A stretch of DNA of 64,000 nucleotides from Tubiluchus corallicola (lineage: Eukaryota; Animalia; Priapulida). How positions within the stretch are numbered: position 1 is the first letter of the stretch; every line of letters starts with the position of its first letter. The notes below the pieces were generated by a model that was not told the origin of the DNA, did not search any database, and worked only from the letters and a program-made list of their open reading frames with translations. Positions 26,671 through 40,700 of this stretch are shown here, piece by piece. The position numbers and the translations under genes were made by a program. The stretch is from NCBI GenBank assembly GCA_030141605.1, contig JAQGDQ010000492.1, positions 62,237 through 126,236 on the forward strand, written 5' to 3'.

Positions 26671-29600
26671 CGGATGGCACCACGTGTTCTCAAATTGCTG
26701 TAATTTTCGAATCATTAAATGGCAGTATTGAAAAGGGAAATGAGTTCTAACTGAAAGATCATGTTTTCACAGTCCTTTCAAAATCAAGTCTGTTGAGAAA
26801 CTTTATCAATCATGCTGGTGGCAAGCTCAAGAACAGCTTAAAGCTATTTCAGGGGAAACAATCAATTTTGCCTTTTTTACCATAAACATTCTATACTTTT
26901 GTAATCAGTCAATTTACCAGTCATTTCCAGTTATCAAACTTGGGTGAATGAGGTCCAGGAATAAGTCTATATAAGACACAATGAAGAATTTTTATGCAGA
27001 CCCAAACAAACAATTAGTGATATGGATAACAACAGACAAATATTACTTCCTGTCCCTTTTCTTGTACGTGTAAACAGAAAGTCTAGGGAAACAAAATCCA
27101 GACAAAATTCAAACCAAAGTTTAATCCAGATTCTTGATTTTTTTCCAATGATATAAAAAATTTTCTGAAGAAGTCTTGTTATTTGTCACAGAATATATAT
27201 TATTATTATATAAAAATCTCTTCTCTGGTGCCACAGAATGACAACAAAACACATAAATTGCACTGTGTGATGGTTTTGTGTTTATGTCAACATATAATGT
27301 CTGCAGCCTGTAGAAATGTAGTTTGTGCTTATTATTTCATAAAGATTGTATTTGTAAAAACTTCAGTTTTTTTAGATAGGAGGATTGTGCTGAAGCTTTG
27401 CACTTGTGGTTTTAATTTTTTGCACCTGATGCATTTGCTCATTAGCAACGTAGCCCATTCATGACAAGCAATCACTGAATGCCATCATTATTTTATAAAT
27501 CAGATACTGTACGGTTACGGTTTCAGTCCATATTTAATACTGCTTGACTAGAATGTGCAGATTCCATAGACAAAGCAAATCTGATGCTTAGTTACTGTGC
27601 ATATAAGCATGGATATGTAATTTACGGATTTGGTAATATATTATTATCAATTTATTATTAACCCAAAAACTCATTAAATCAGAAAAATATGTCTGTTTAC
27701 CTAAATTAGCTAGCTTAGGGATTCTCAGCCAGGAGTGCAGGTATATCTGCACTTCTTAGAGCACACATAAAATCAGAGAGATTAATAATAGAGTATAATG
27801 AATGCTGTTTTAAGCTATAGGCAGATTGCAAAAAGAAAGTACCTCGAACCATATGTACATAGATTACTTACCATTTAGTTATAATACTTATTGCTGACGA
27901 ATAATATAAGATGGAACTATTTTGTGGTTAAATAATTAGAAGAACGGAGCGCCAAGAGTACTAAGCAGTCTAAACTATGTACTAGGTACTGTAATTGTAC
28001 ATAAACCTTCAAAACCTAAGACAAATCAATCAATACATTATCTGGAGCATGGAATATTGTATGAATCAGCAAGTGCTTTTGATTTTCTTACACCAAAAAG
28101 GAAAGAAAATAGCGTAATCATTCAATGGACATGCCACAGTGGCCGTCAGAAGTAACTTTACTTTAATTTAGGAAAAGCAAACTCATATCCGGGTTGGCTG
28201 AACTAAATTAAGCAAACCAAAAGTAACTGGTCCTTACTTTGGATCTTGTGGGAAAATTACAAAAATAAAGAAAACAGCTTAAAGCATAACACGCATAAAA
28301 CTGGATCTCAGTCAGAGATAAACTACCGTTTACTACTATCACCTGGGATTAACTGTACAGCGAAAGCAAGATGGGAACTCTTTAGAACTCTTGTTGTTGT
28401 CATGAATATGTAAACGCGACTCTTTCCTCGCACATCGCCATCGCTAATTTGAGCGTGTGACACTTTTTCATTTGCCGTATTAAGAAAATTTCTACAATTG
28501 AGTTGTGTGGAGTAGTGTCAGTCAGCTTTATTTTGTATCACTAAATAAATTAAATATTATTTATTAGGTTATCTATGTAATTATTACAAGTAGTATTGCT
28601 ATCTACCATCAACTATATTTGTTTAAGGAGAAACCACGCACAAGGACCCAACAGGTGTGCTTCCTTATTTTGGCAAGCATGATTACTAATCAAGAATGCA
28701 GATAAGTAGGACACGGAAAACTGCTACTCTTTATAACCCATTAATTTTTGATTGGTCAGACTAATTGAGTTGAACCAACATTTATAATTTTATGTTATAC
28801 CGTCACTCTTGCACAAGTTAAAGCATACAAGTTTACATGGAAAAACTAAGCGACAAGGCAGAATGTAAAAACGTGGTTTTCCATGAGGTTGCACAACTCT
28901 AATTTTTCTTTTTGCTTGGTTGGGGACATAAGTTTTATCAATTAGACCTTCTCAGCAAAGTCAGTGTATTTCTGGAATGGTTATACTTGGTGATCGTAGG
29001 CTGCACGTCATTTAGGAAGCCCTTAGATAATAGTTTGTAGTGGATCAGGTCATGTCGTTTAGAAGCAGTGTTGGTTGCAGTCAGAAGACTAGCCATTGCC
29101 AGTCTTCCTGTCTTTCCACTTATTACCATGCGGTTCCCAGTAGATGGAGTTAATGCCACCCCTTAATGATAGTGATATCATCAAGCCGTCAAATGTTGAA
29201 AGTACAGCTTGAGAAGCCCGTCACCCGAGTGTTCCTGTTCATGTAGATGTAGAAGCCTCCTAAAGCGATTACTGCTAGGTGAAACTAGCTAACCAACTTG
29301 TTCACAGAGACTTACAATTTAAGTCTTAGTTTACTGCATTTTTCTTTCAATTAAAAATCAGTAGCAAAGCGATAAATCTACCCCACTTTTACTAATTATG
29401 TAATTATGTGTTTTCCTCATCAAGTAGTAATGAGCATACAACTAATCGTTTGTTTGTGAGTCTGTTCTGATAAAGTTAACTTCTAGTGACTCACAGCCTT
29501 AGATGAATCAAAACGCGCAAAATTAACAAGTACTTGTGGTGTGTTAGCACCAGTGTGCAGGTGTTAACCTGCCACTTTGGCATAAGTATCTTTACAGAGC

Positions 29601-29712
29601 TCTTTAGGTCATACAGATTATCGCAAGCGGCGAGCAGTTTATGGCTAATTTCTGGTTTATATTACAGTGCTGGAACTTTAGTAGCAGCAAGCTAAAAATA
29701 AAGTGGGATGGC

Positions 29713-29895
29713 TTCGTAATATAAGAACTACGAATTCCATAAGGGAAGAGGACAACAGCATCATCAACAACAATAGAAGCATTAGCAACACAATCACCAC
29801 TGTTCGTAATATAAGAACTACGAATTCCATAAGGGAAGAGGACAACAGCATCATCAACAACAATACAAGCATTAGCAACACAATCACCACTGTTC
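29713..29895. repeat. 90-bp tandem duplication, 2 copies
   Basis: ttcgtaatataagaactacgaattcc...caatcaccactg is repeated almost perfectly. Confidence 0.9.
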
Positions 29896-30206
29896 AGATT
29901 GCCAACGATACCAGCGAAAATAATGTGAGATAGCCGGAAGCCTTCAAACCAGCATATATGTTTTAATGTGGAGCAGTAGAAATTCTTAACTAAATAAGCT
30001 TTAAGCAAGATCTCACAGTAACCAAACCAAAGAATACACCATTACCTGTTGCACGCTAAAACAATTACAAAACAGAAAGTGCTACAAACGATTGCGATAA
30101 GCTATAAAATCAGCCCATTATCGAGTACTTGTAAATTGGATTATCAACCTTAATAATACTTGTTACTTTGATAATAATTATGTTTATCTTTCTTGGCGCG
30201 CAAGAT

Positions 30207-30857
30207 GACGATCTGACAATTGCATCAACTTCAGCTTGATGAGTGTGACACACCTAGACGATCTGACAATTGCATCAACTTCAGCTTGATGAGTGTGACT
30301 CACCTAGACGATCTGACAATTGCATCAACTTCAGCTTGATGAGTGTGACACACCTAGACGATCTGACAATTGCATCAACTTCAGCTTGATGAGTGTGACT
30401 CACCTAGACGATCTGACAATTGCATCAACTTCAGCTTGATGAGTGTGACACACCTAGACGATCTGACAATTGCATCAACTTCAGCTTGATGAGTGTGACA
30501 CACCTAGACGATCTGACAATTGCATCAACTTCAGCTTGATGAGTGTGACTCACCTAGACGATCTGACAATTGCATCAACTTCAGCTTGATGAGTGTGACA
30601 CACCTAGACGATCTGACAATTGCATCAACTTCAGCTTGATGAGTGTGACACGCCTAGACGATCTGACAATTGCATCAACTTCAGCTTGATGAGTGTGACT
30701 CACCTAGACGATCTGACAATTGCATCAATTCAGCTTGATGAGTGTGACACGCCTAGACGATCTGACAATTGCATCAACTTCAGCTTGATGAGTGTGACAC
30801 ACCTAGACGATCTGACAATTGCATCAACTTCAGCTTGATGAGTGTGACACACCTAGA
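30207..30857. repeat. 50-bp minisatellite, about 13 copies
   Basis: Unit gacgatctgacaattgcatcaacttcagcttgatgagtgtgacacaccta. Confidence 0.95.
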
Positions 30858-33533
30858 ATTTGACGACAAAGAAAACATTGCAGGGAAGACGGAGAGTTTT
30901 TTGGAAAAACCGAATCGGTGAAGCAAGACTGGGTTCACAGAGCAACAACTGTGAGCTCAACAGAAACCTTGAGCACATAGCAAATCTAGATCAAGCGAGT
31001 CTGTCATCGTTACGCGTTTGAAAAGATGAAGCCATTTATATATGATGCTTTATGTTTACTGTGTTTTACAACTCGCGTGGCTTAATGTTCAACAAATACT
31101 TATAATTTTCTTTCTTTGTTCGTTCTTGCATGGCGTACATGTGCTAACACTGTCACAACACGAAGCTACAATAAAACCAGAAACGTTTCTAAATCTTCCA
31201 ACTTATAAACAAATAGTAAAATAATTTGATTAAAGTTTATTTATGCTTGTGATTAAATCTGCTTGCTGATTATTGTTGTTTATTGCGTGGCGTGTGAGGT
31301 AGCCACGATGGGCATGGCAAACTATCAAGGCTCTATTTAATAAGCAACACATTTATTAAATATCAAATAGAACACGGTAAATGTAAGAGGATGGTCATTC
31401 TAGCCCTCCGCCTTCAAGTCAGCTCCTCATCTCTCCCGAGGTGCGGGCCTCAAACACTTTTGTCTAACTACCTAATGCGCCGTGCACTTAATCTTGTTAA
31501 CCAAAATCATTATTAACACAGGTTTCCTTTCCTCAAATTTTGTATAAGCAATTGTTGCAAAAGTCATGGTGTGATTTCACAACGAATAACCGAATATAAA
31601 AGCAACATTTTGAAAGTGTATAAACAGCTCATGGAAGCACTATTGGTTTGACAGTGACAGAAGACGGATAGTATGCACAGGTAGATTAAGCTTCAATGTT
31701 GAACATTTTACTTCGATGTATAGTTGATTTATGGATAGTCTGAAGAGCATCAGACAGCAACACGTTGGTATGAGCGTTCATATGTGGGAAGCCTCTAGAC
31801 CCACATATGACATTAAAACCACGAAGAGAAACTTAGAATTCTATTGATTAATTAGCAAACGTTTTGACATCTTGCTTTTGAGAACTGTTGAAATTTTGAG
31901 CATGCATAGCAGGGGCGGAACTAGGAGGGGGCGAAGGGGGGCCCCTGATGCATAGATGGCTTTGATTACAAATTTCTCCAGTGTGTCTATTGAGCCAGAA
32001 ACCATGTTTTAAATAATAAGACAGAAAGTGAATTGTTGTTAAATGGTGATCAACTACTGACTGTGCATCAATTAATGTAAAACTTCAAATAAAACCAGCT
32101 GACTGGCTTCAGTGTAAACATGAGGACAGCATAATAACAAGAGAAGTGAAACCATTATAATATTCTGTTTCGCGGGCAGTTTTCACTGAATGTAACAAGA
32201 AAACGTTGTACATTCCTCGACCAATGCAATAAATGTATGCGTATTTAGACTTCATTTTTCTAAACACTCAAACTGTTGGAAATTATCTAACTTGAAATTT
32301 TATAAAACAGGATGTTAAACATTCAAATTTCGGACTCTGATGTCTGAAACAGAAACTATCATAGTTGCAGCTCGATGCCTAGACAGTCTTAAATATTTTG
32401 TTTATGCCGTAAACACAGAGAGTCAACACAAAAATTGAACACCAGGATCACCATAATGACTCTGCTATCACCAGGCAAGGTCATTATCATTGTTACCACC
32501 ACGTGATCATTACACAACCACTAGTACCAGTGCTACCACCGCCACCGCCACCGAAACAACTACGACTACTTCAGTACGGCCAGACTCTACATAAATACCA
32601 ACACTATAGCATCACCACAACTACCAGCTGCAGTAGCATCAACATTACCAGCACCAGCCTTGTTCAGCTAAAAAAATTTAACTGATTAATCAGCGTTTTA
32701 CCCACCTAAACGGAAACATTATTAGTCTACCAAGACGGTGGAAGCAAAAATAATCGGCTACTGATTTGTAAACCATTATTAACAGTGAATATTAAAAAAT
32801 ATAGTAAAAAGGCTGTTTGTTTATTGATTCTAGGCATGGTAATTTTTAATCTACCAATCTGATGCAATACTTTTCTTAATGTAATGAACGTTAGTAAAGT
32901 TAGGGTACTCGCTAATCGAAATTTCATAAACCAGCTGTAATGGTCAGTTCAGATTACAATATGGTATACTGCCGCAAGCTCGATTCTCCTCTTTCACAGC
33001 TAGCCACATTGTATTTCTCAAGGTTGCAGGGTAACGTGTTTTTGAACGTGTTAGAAAATTGTCTAATTTTTATAATAATTAGATTTATTAAATCTAATTA
33101 GCCTGGTGATAATTCATTCTTCAACGTAATTTACAATAGTTAGTAGGTCCCAGAAAGGCCATCTTTTAATTAGTCATATTGATTTCTACAACATTGTAAT
33201 GCGAACAGCATCTACTTCAATTTGTTTTTTTTTCTTCTTTTTTGCCAATCCTTTTCTTTTGTTGATTAATCTGTGCCACCTGAGCACGGGTTTGCAGAAA
33301 ATCTTTAATAACTACTATTAGGCCACTGATTTTTTTCTGAAAAATGCAACTGATCCGTGGTAATGTGCTGCATAGCAACATGCTTTTGTTTGCTAATAAG
33401 ACAGAGCCTTACTCTTATGACGAGAGTAACTGTTGTTATGCAACTAGACCTTACTTTGTAAGCCTTAGTCTCTCTCTTTCTTATGAAGGAGCTGCTGTGG
33501 AAGCTATTTTTGTGCCGATATACGTCTAATATC

Positions 33534-34125
33534 ATGACAATAATTCTTTACATTTCACGCATTGCTATCCTTGTGTCACTTTGCTTTAGAGAAGTAGCGC
33601 TGCTTCTAAAAGACCCGTGTGATGCTAATCGGCCACCAAAAGAATCTGGATGTATCGCTTTGAATGACGTTCAAGCCAATGTGTGCAATATCACGTGTGA
33701 CAATATCCACAGAGGGCAAATGCAGATACTTAGTAGATACATTCAGGACCATACTTACAGGCTGGTCATACAAAATTACAAAGAGTTTTCTTTGACAGAC
33801 GATTTTCTTAAACATAAAAGAGTTGACATCTTAACTTTGGATTCCACTGAAATTATAAGTATCCGTGAAAACACCATTTATGGAAATATTGACACAATTA
33901 TTTTAAAGCGAAATCCTGACTTAATTGTAATTTACCCTCGAGCATTCATGCAAGTGATTCATCTTAGAGAACTCATCCTTATAGAAAATCAATCATTGTT
34001 AAAACTTGATTTGGATCTAAAAGTGAATTTTTATTTTCAAACGTTGAGAATATTAGATGGTGCCTTGAAGAGTATGCCTGCACCAAGAGTGAAGAGTAAA
34101 CGTGAAGTAGAACTGTTTTTACATC
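33534..34125 (+). CDS. LRR gene C exon 1: signal peptide, Cys cap and LRRs
   Basis: MTIILYISRIAILVSLCF is hydrophobic; family motifs LVIQNY..FL, IYPRAF and LDLDL are present. Phase-1 donor CAT C|gtaagt. Confidence 0.82.
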
Positions 34126-34161
34126 GTAAGTCAGCTTTTATTGTTGCATTTGTTGTAAAGC

Positions 34162-34205
<44 letters not shown>

Positions 34206-34567
34206 GAAATTTTTTATTTCTTTAGATTCAACTTTTTATTTTTTACCTAAGGTTTATAGCATAAAACATTTAAATATTTACAGCAAAATGCAAAATATCT
34301 ATATTTGTACTTGAAAAATTCCCTTTTGAAACATTGTGAGCAATTTTGAGTTTTCTGATATAATATAAATTACATTTGTCCAAGTAGCCAATGAGTAACA
34401 GCTATTGCAGTAATTTTATAGTAACTGAGCAGCTTCCAAATTTTCCGATAGGTTTATTACCATGGCAGTAATAAAAAGGGTTTTGATTAATTATGTCAAG
34501 GTCAATCTTCTTGGCACTTGAAACAATGTATCCGAAATATTTTAACAAGAGCAAGTACAAGGCAAGC

Positions 34568-36946
34568 AAGTACTAGACATTCTATTACACACTCCTAGAC
34601 ACTCTATTGCCCAGTACTAGACACTCTATTGCCCCGTACTAGATACTTTATCACACAGTATTAGACACTCTTGACACTCTATTGCACAGTACTAGACACT
34701 ATTGCACAGTACTAGACGCTCTATCACACAGTATTAGACGCTCTATCACACAGTATTAGACACTCTATTGCCCAGTACTAGACACTCTATTGCCCAGTAC
34801 TAGACACTCTATCACACAGTATTAGACACTCTATTGCCCAGTACTAGACACTCTATCACACAGTATTAGACACTCTTGACACTCTATTGCACAGTACTAG
34901 ACACTATTGCACAGTACTAGACACTCTATTGCCCAGTACTAGACACTCTATTGCCCAGTACTAGACACTCTATCACACAGTATTAGACACTCTATTGCCC
35001 AGTACTAGACACTTTATCACACAGTATTAGACACTCTTGACACTCTATTGCACAGTACTAGACACTATTACACAGTACTAGACACTCTATTGCCCCGTAC
35101 TAGACACTCTATTGCCCAGTACTAGACACTCTATCACACAGTATTAGACACTCTTGACACTCTATTGCACAGTGCTAGACACTATTGCACAGTACTAGAC
35201 ACTCTATTACACAGTATTAGACACTCTTGACACTCTATTGCACAGTACTAGACACTATTGCACAGTACTAGACACTCTATTGCACAGTACTAGACGCTCT
35301 ATTGCCCAGTGCTAGACACTCTATTACACAGCATTAGACACTTGACACTCTATTGCACAGTACTAGACACTATTGCACAGTACTAGACACTCTATTGCAC
35401 AGTACTAGACACTCTATTGCACAGTAATAGACACTCTATTGCACAGTAATAGACACTCTATTGCACAGTAATAGACACTCTATTGCACAGTACTAGAAGC
35501 TCTATTGCCCAGTACTAGACACTCTATTACACAATCCTAGACACTCTATTGCACTGTACTAGACACTCTATTACACAGTATTAGACAGTCTTCACAGTCT
35601 ATTGCACAGTACTAGACACTATTGCACAGTACTAGATACTCTATTGCACAGTACTAGACACTATTGCACAGTACTAGACACTCTACTGCACAGTACTAGA
35701 CAATCTATTGCACAGTACTAGACACTCTATTGCACAGTACTAGACACTCTATTACACAGTCCTAGACACTCTATTGCACGGTACTAGACACTCTTGACAC
35801 TCTATTGCACAGTACTAGACACTCTATTGCACAGTACTAGACACTCTATTGCACAGTCCCAGACAGTCTATTGCACAGTACTAGACAGTCTATTGCACAG
35901 TACTAGACAGTCTATTGCACAGTACTAGACACTCTTTTACACAGTACTAGACACTCTATTACACAGTACTAGACACTCTATTACACAGTACTAGACACTC
36001 TATTAAACAGTATTAGACACTCTATTGCACGGTACTAGACACTCTATTACACAGTACTAGACACTCTATTGCACAGTCCTAGACACTCAATTACACAGTA
36101 CTAGACACTCTGTTACACAATATTAGACAGTCTACTACACAGTCCTAGACACTCTATTGTACAGTACTAGACACTCTATTACACAGTACTAGACACTCTA
36201 TTACACAGTATTAGACACTCTATTACACAGTACTAGACACTCTATTGCACAGTACTAGACACTCTATTGCACAGTACTAGACACTCTATTACACAGTACT
36301 AGACACTCTATTGCACAGTACTAGACACTCTATTGCACAGTACTAGACAGTCTATTGCACAGTACTAGACAGTCTATTGCACAGTACTAGACACTCTATT
36401 ACACCGTACTAGACACTCTATTACACCGTACTAGACACTCTATTACACAGTACCAGACACTCTATTACACAGTATTAGACACTCTATTGCACAGTACTAG
36501 ACACTCTATTGCACAGTACTAGACACTCTGTTACACAGTATTAGACACTCTATTACACAGTCCTAGACACTCTATTGCACAGTATTAGACACTCTATTAC
36601 ACAGTATTAGACACTCTATTGCACAGTACTAGACACTCTATTGCACAGTACTAGACACTCTGTTACACAGTATTAGACACTCTATTACACAGTCCTAGAC
36701 ACTCTATTGCACAGTACTAGACACTCTATTGCACAGTATTAGACACTCTGTTACACAGTACTAGACACTATTACACAGTCCTAGACACTCTATTGCACAG
36801 TACTAGACACTCTATTGCACAGTACTAGACACTCTATTACACAGTATTGCATAGTACTAGACACTCTATTGCACAGTACTAGACACTCTATTACACAGTA
36901 CTAGACACTCTATTGCACAGTACCAGACACTCTATTACACAGTACT
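34568..36946. repeat. 22-bp minisatellite, about 100 copies, filling the gene C intron
   Basis: Unit cagtactagacactctattgca with variants. Confidence 0.97.
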
Positions 36947-37026
36947 GGAGTATGTACTATGTAAACCAAGATCCTTAAAGAGATGGCATGACAGTATTCC
37001 ACATTTTGATTTTTGATTTTTTTCAG

Positions 37027-37199
37027 GCAATCGTTTTGTTTGTGACTGCGCCATGATTTGGACTAAAGCCTTCGCTTGGAAACTGTCATCTATTGATTGT
37101 GCAGAACCACCACGGAAACATGGGCGAGATGAGATAACTGTGGATGAATTTTGCGAGAACGAGTTCATTGAAACTTTATCAATCGCTAATTATCTCTAA
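37027..37199 (+). CDS. LRR gene C terminal exon: C-cap only (spliced product about 254 aa, secreted)
   Basis: Acceptor ttttcag|GC gives RNRFVCDCAMIWTKAFAWKLSSIDCAEPPRKHGRDEITVDEFCENEFIETLSIANYL*. This exon is absent from the ORF track. Confidence 0.82.
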
Positions 37200-38105
37200 T
37201 TGTCCGAAATGTGTCAAATACTCGTTTTAATAAACAGTTATATACATTACTTATATAAAATTCAGATGTTAGTCATTCGCAATCTGTTTACCAATATTAG
37301 GCCTATTTGTCAATATTATCCATGTAACTACTACGCATTGTGGATTGTTAAAAAAATTTCTTGTAGAATTCAGTCAGTTAAATAAAATTTTGACAGGAGA
37401 ATTGTTGTGTATTACTCTGGTTTGTTCTTCAACTTCGTTCGGTGACCATTGCTTATTATGGTTGTTATTCCATGTTGATCTTGAAACTCGTATTAAACTT
37501 TCTGCCAGAGAAAGTAGATCTTTTAAACTTTAGTTTCTGTGTATAGCACTGTTTGTGCACTTGACGCAGAATTTTAGTAAAGTCATAAACATAACATTGA
37601 CCTCATATAGACTTAAATCTAAAAGTAAAGACAATTTTTGCTTTTGATCTATGTAAGCATAGTTCCTTAATAAATAGTTTCTTACTAAATTTTCCACAAG
37701 TCTCGTAAAAATCTGTATCTATTAAATCTATATAACTTAAGTTATTTGTCCACTAGGAAACTTTTTGTTGGGCTTTAGAAATAAATTAAAGCATATTTCC
37801 AAGAAAGAATTTTCACCGTAAGGACTAGTTGCGTGTCTAAACCACATAACCGTGATTTGTGCATGGTTCCAATGAAGGTTCATAATAATTGTAGTCTAAA
37901 CTTATCTACTACATTGTTTTTCTGTCAAATGCAATTGTTTTCCGCATTTTTTCTCAAATGCAGTGACATTCCAAAGGTATATGTTTTTCTAAAGGAAACT
38001 CTTTTTTCTAGAGTCTTTCTTTTTCTAAAGGAACTGTTTTTCTAAAGCTTAATTTGGTTATCGTCGTCATTATTTAATTGTCAAAGATGACAATAAAATT
38101 AAGTT

Positions 38106-38570
38106 ATGAAGTCATTGGCTATTTATAGTGCCTTAGCATTTTTGTACATTATTTCTTGTCTATGCAATGGTACCATACTTGGTCCACAAATTTGCGTTTC
38201 TCCTTTGACCAATGACGACTCAAAACTCCACTGCAGCGAGCTAGAAGTTTATGCCAATGGTACAAAGTCAAAAAATTTATGGAAGACATTTGTCTCAAGT
38301 GGTGCGCTTATGGCGAATCATTTACATCAACTATACTGAAAAATAGAATAATAAATAACATTAGCACGTGGAATAAGGTTGACAGTCTTAAAATAAAGAA
38401 GTTTGCAGACACAACATGGCCGTCAAGTTTCTGGAGACATTTACTATTCAATATCTAGAAATCAGCCATAGTAATTTGAAAGAGTTAGGAGAAAATGTTA
38501 TTAGGACGAAGTTACAAGAGTCCCTAGTTCTGACTAAGAATAATGAACTCTCCAATGTCCACCCCGTCAC
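38106..38570 (+). pseudogene. LRR gene D exon 1, disrupted by two frameshifts and a 3' deletion
   Basis: Signal peptide MKSLAIYSALAFLYIISCLC. In shifted frames it continues CLKWCAYGESFTSTIL...FADTTWPSS and LETFTIQYLEISHSNLKELGENVI...NVHP, then breaks off with no donor. Similar to the exon at 52136. Confidence 0.75.
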
Positions 38571-38613
38571 CTGTTGGTGAAGTATCCCAAAAAGAATGTA
38601 TTTTCATTTTCAG

Positions 38614-39272
38614 GTAATCCGTTCATCTGTAACTGTAGCTTAGAATGGACAAAGTCTAATAGCTGGTGCACATCAATACTGGACTGCGCACAACCAGAAA
38701 AAACCACCAGATTAATGAAATCAAACTCGGCGAATTTCTCGGTTGTCAAGAAACCGGAAGTCGTGAAGGGGTACCAGAGTGTCAGTATGTTCCCACAGAG
38801 AGAGAGAGAGGGTGTTTGGTATTCTGCGGCAAAAACCACCAAGTGCATGCATCAACATTGGAAGCTGTCTCGCAGACTTTGAGGTTTTTCACCAAGCAGT
38901 TGGTAATATGTAACTATGTGGACTCACTGTTACCACCAAAGTTTCTGGAGGGTAATACTATGCACGTTCTTTCAATAATAAGCACACAGCTAAGCCATCT
39001 GGGAGAGAATGCCATCTGTGCCAACGTAACACAGGTAATAAAGATAACCAGAAGCAATAACCTTGTTGAGATACACAGCAGGGCGTTTTACAAGACAGCA
39101 TCTGTTGCTATAATAGTGATACGCGAATGTCCAAGATTACGTTTCGTTGAGTTGAACTTGGAAAATCGTTACCGTATAAAGGAAATCACGGTAGAGAAAA
39201 CTGGTATGAAGACAATGAATATACCAATACTTAAGCTGAGATCAACTGATCAGATATCTCTGGATGTGACAG
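38614..39272 (+). pseudogene. LRR gene D internal module exon with a 1-nt frameshift
   Basis: Acceptor ttttcag|GT, then NPFICNC. The frame changes in the A-run near 38700 (CAQPEK / NHQINEIKLGEF). Length is 659 nt, one short of a multiple of 3. Confidence 0.78.
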
Positions 39273-39345
39273 GTGTCGTCCTTTACAGGTACGTTATTTA
39301 TTCATGTTGCCATTCTTGAGCCTTAGTGGTGTATCTGACAGTAAG

Positions 39346-39583
39346 TTCAGGCTAGCGAGTTTTTACCGTTAGTTTTCTCTCCGACTGCAAACTCACAAGT
39401 GTGAACTGCTTTGTGAGTTACTGTCGGCAAGTTATTGCAAACTCTCCTACAGTTGCTGCGAGTCGTCTTCCAGCGAGTTACTCTCTGGAAGTGTGAACGT
39501 CTCGGTAAGTTACTGGACGAGTTTCTTGCGGTGAATAGAGAATTGGGCGTCAGTTCACAGCAAGTTTTGCTCACTAGTCTGAA
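39346..39583. mobile_element. Degenerate MITE candidate
   Basis: Inverted ends ttcaggctagcgag ... ctcactagtctgaa, and an internal inverted pair tgtgaactg / cagttcaca. Confidence 0.4.
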
Positions 39584-39992
39584 TACGCTTGCGAGTTAAC
39601 TTGCAAGCCTGTAAGCCCGCGGGCACTAGACCTCCTGAACATTCTACTTCAACTGTTTATTCTTGTGTTTTAAAAGTATATAGGTGAAATGGAAACTAAA
39701 CAGAAAGTGCACTACGATGGTACAAACCCACATTTAAGTTTCGGCATCAAACTTGAAAGACAGCAAATGCGAAAAAATTGAAGTGTATTTCAACTAGAGA
39801 GGAATAATGTGGTTAAAAACAGAAGTTTTACATCTCTAGGCTGTCGCATTTTCCAGTATTCAAAACAGTCCAAATTTCATTCTTTGATACTTCCAACATT
39901 AGAGAGTAACAATACACTAAAGCGTTGTACTGCATTGCATCAATTTGAAAATCTGACGTGCATACAAATCTACTCGCTTTTTCAATTCTTAG

Positions 39993-40700
39993 GCAACAAT
40001 TTCATCTGCAATTTCCTCCTTAAATGGACCAAAAGTGTGAAGTGGAAGAAATCCGAGATTGACTGTATACAGCCAAATTGGCCAAATTATCTCCCAAACA
40101 AAATCACAGCCGCTGATTTTAAAGACTGTCCGATAACCGAAACCACTTCAGCTACAAAGGCACCTGTGCTGCACGGGCCATGCGGGGTGCGAGTAGATTG
40201 TGATTATTACGAACATTCCAAGTGCAGTGCGGTGTCCTGTGGAACCGACCGGACAATTGACAACATCAAAATGGACCATATAATAAAATCCCTGCCAGGC
40301 CATACCAGCGATGTTGAAGAATTCTTTCTTCACAAGTACACAGAAAGGCAACTGCCCAAGAATTTTCTCAGAGGAAAGTCAGTGGTAGATTTCCAGATGG
40401 TTGACTCCTATCTAGAGACAATTCCAGAGAATTCCATCTACGGCGTCCGCAAAACTATCTTGTTTATCAACATGCATCTCCTCACGACTGTCGATGGAAA
40501 GGCGTTCTCGAAATTGGAGACACTTCAAAAGATCGGCTTCTATAACTGCAGAGAACTGTTTTCAGCTGACTTGGATCTGTCTTCAAATCAGAAGATCATT
40601 TTGGAACAGTTGATTTTTGATGGAACAGCTATACAGCAGATGAAGATGCCAAAGCTGCATGACCAGACGCAATCAACTGACATTCTTTTGCAAATTACAG
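39993..40700 (+). CDS. LRR internal module exon (gene D, reading frame intact, 708 nt, phase 1-1)
   Basis: Acceptor ttcttag|GC, then NNFICNF (second cap Cys replaced by Phe), LPKNFLRGK and VDGKAF. Donor ACA G|gtaaga. Confidence 0.72.

Noticed and set aside
28938-29330. Coding-looking, moderately GC-rich stretch on the minus strand
   Set aside because: The candidate frames are short or interrupted by stops, with no recognisable motif or splice structure.
30207-30857. CRISPR-like regular repeat
   Set aside because: There are no variable spacers and no cas genes, and the context is eukaryotic; it is a plain minisatellite.
31293-31456. Short TG...CA-bounded segment resembling a solo LTR
   Set aside because: There is no TSD, PBS or polypurine tract, and the terminal match is imperfect.
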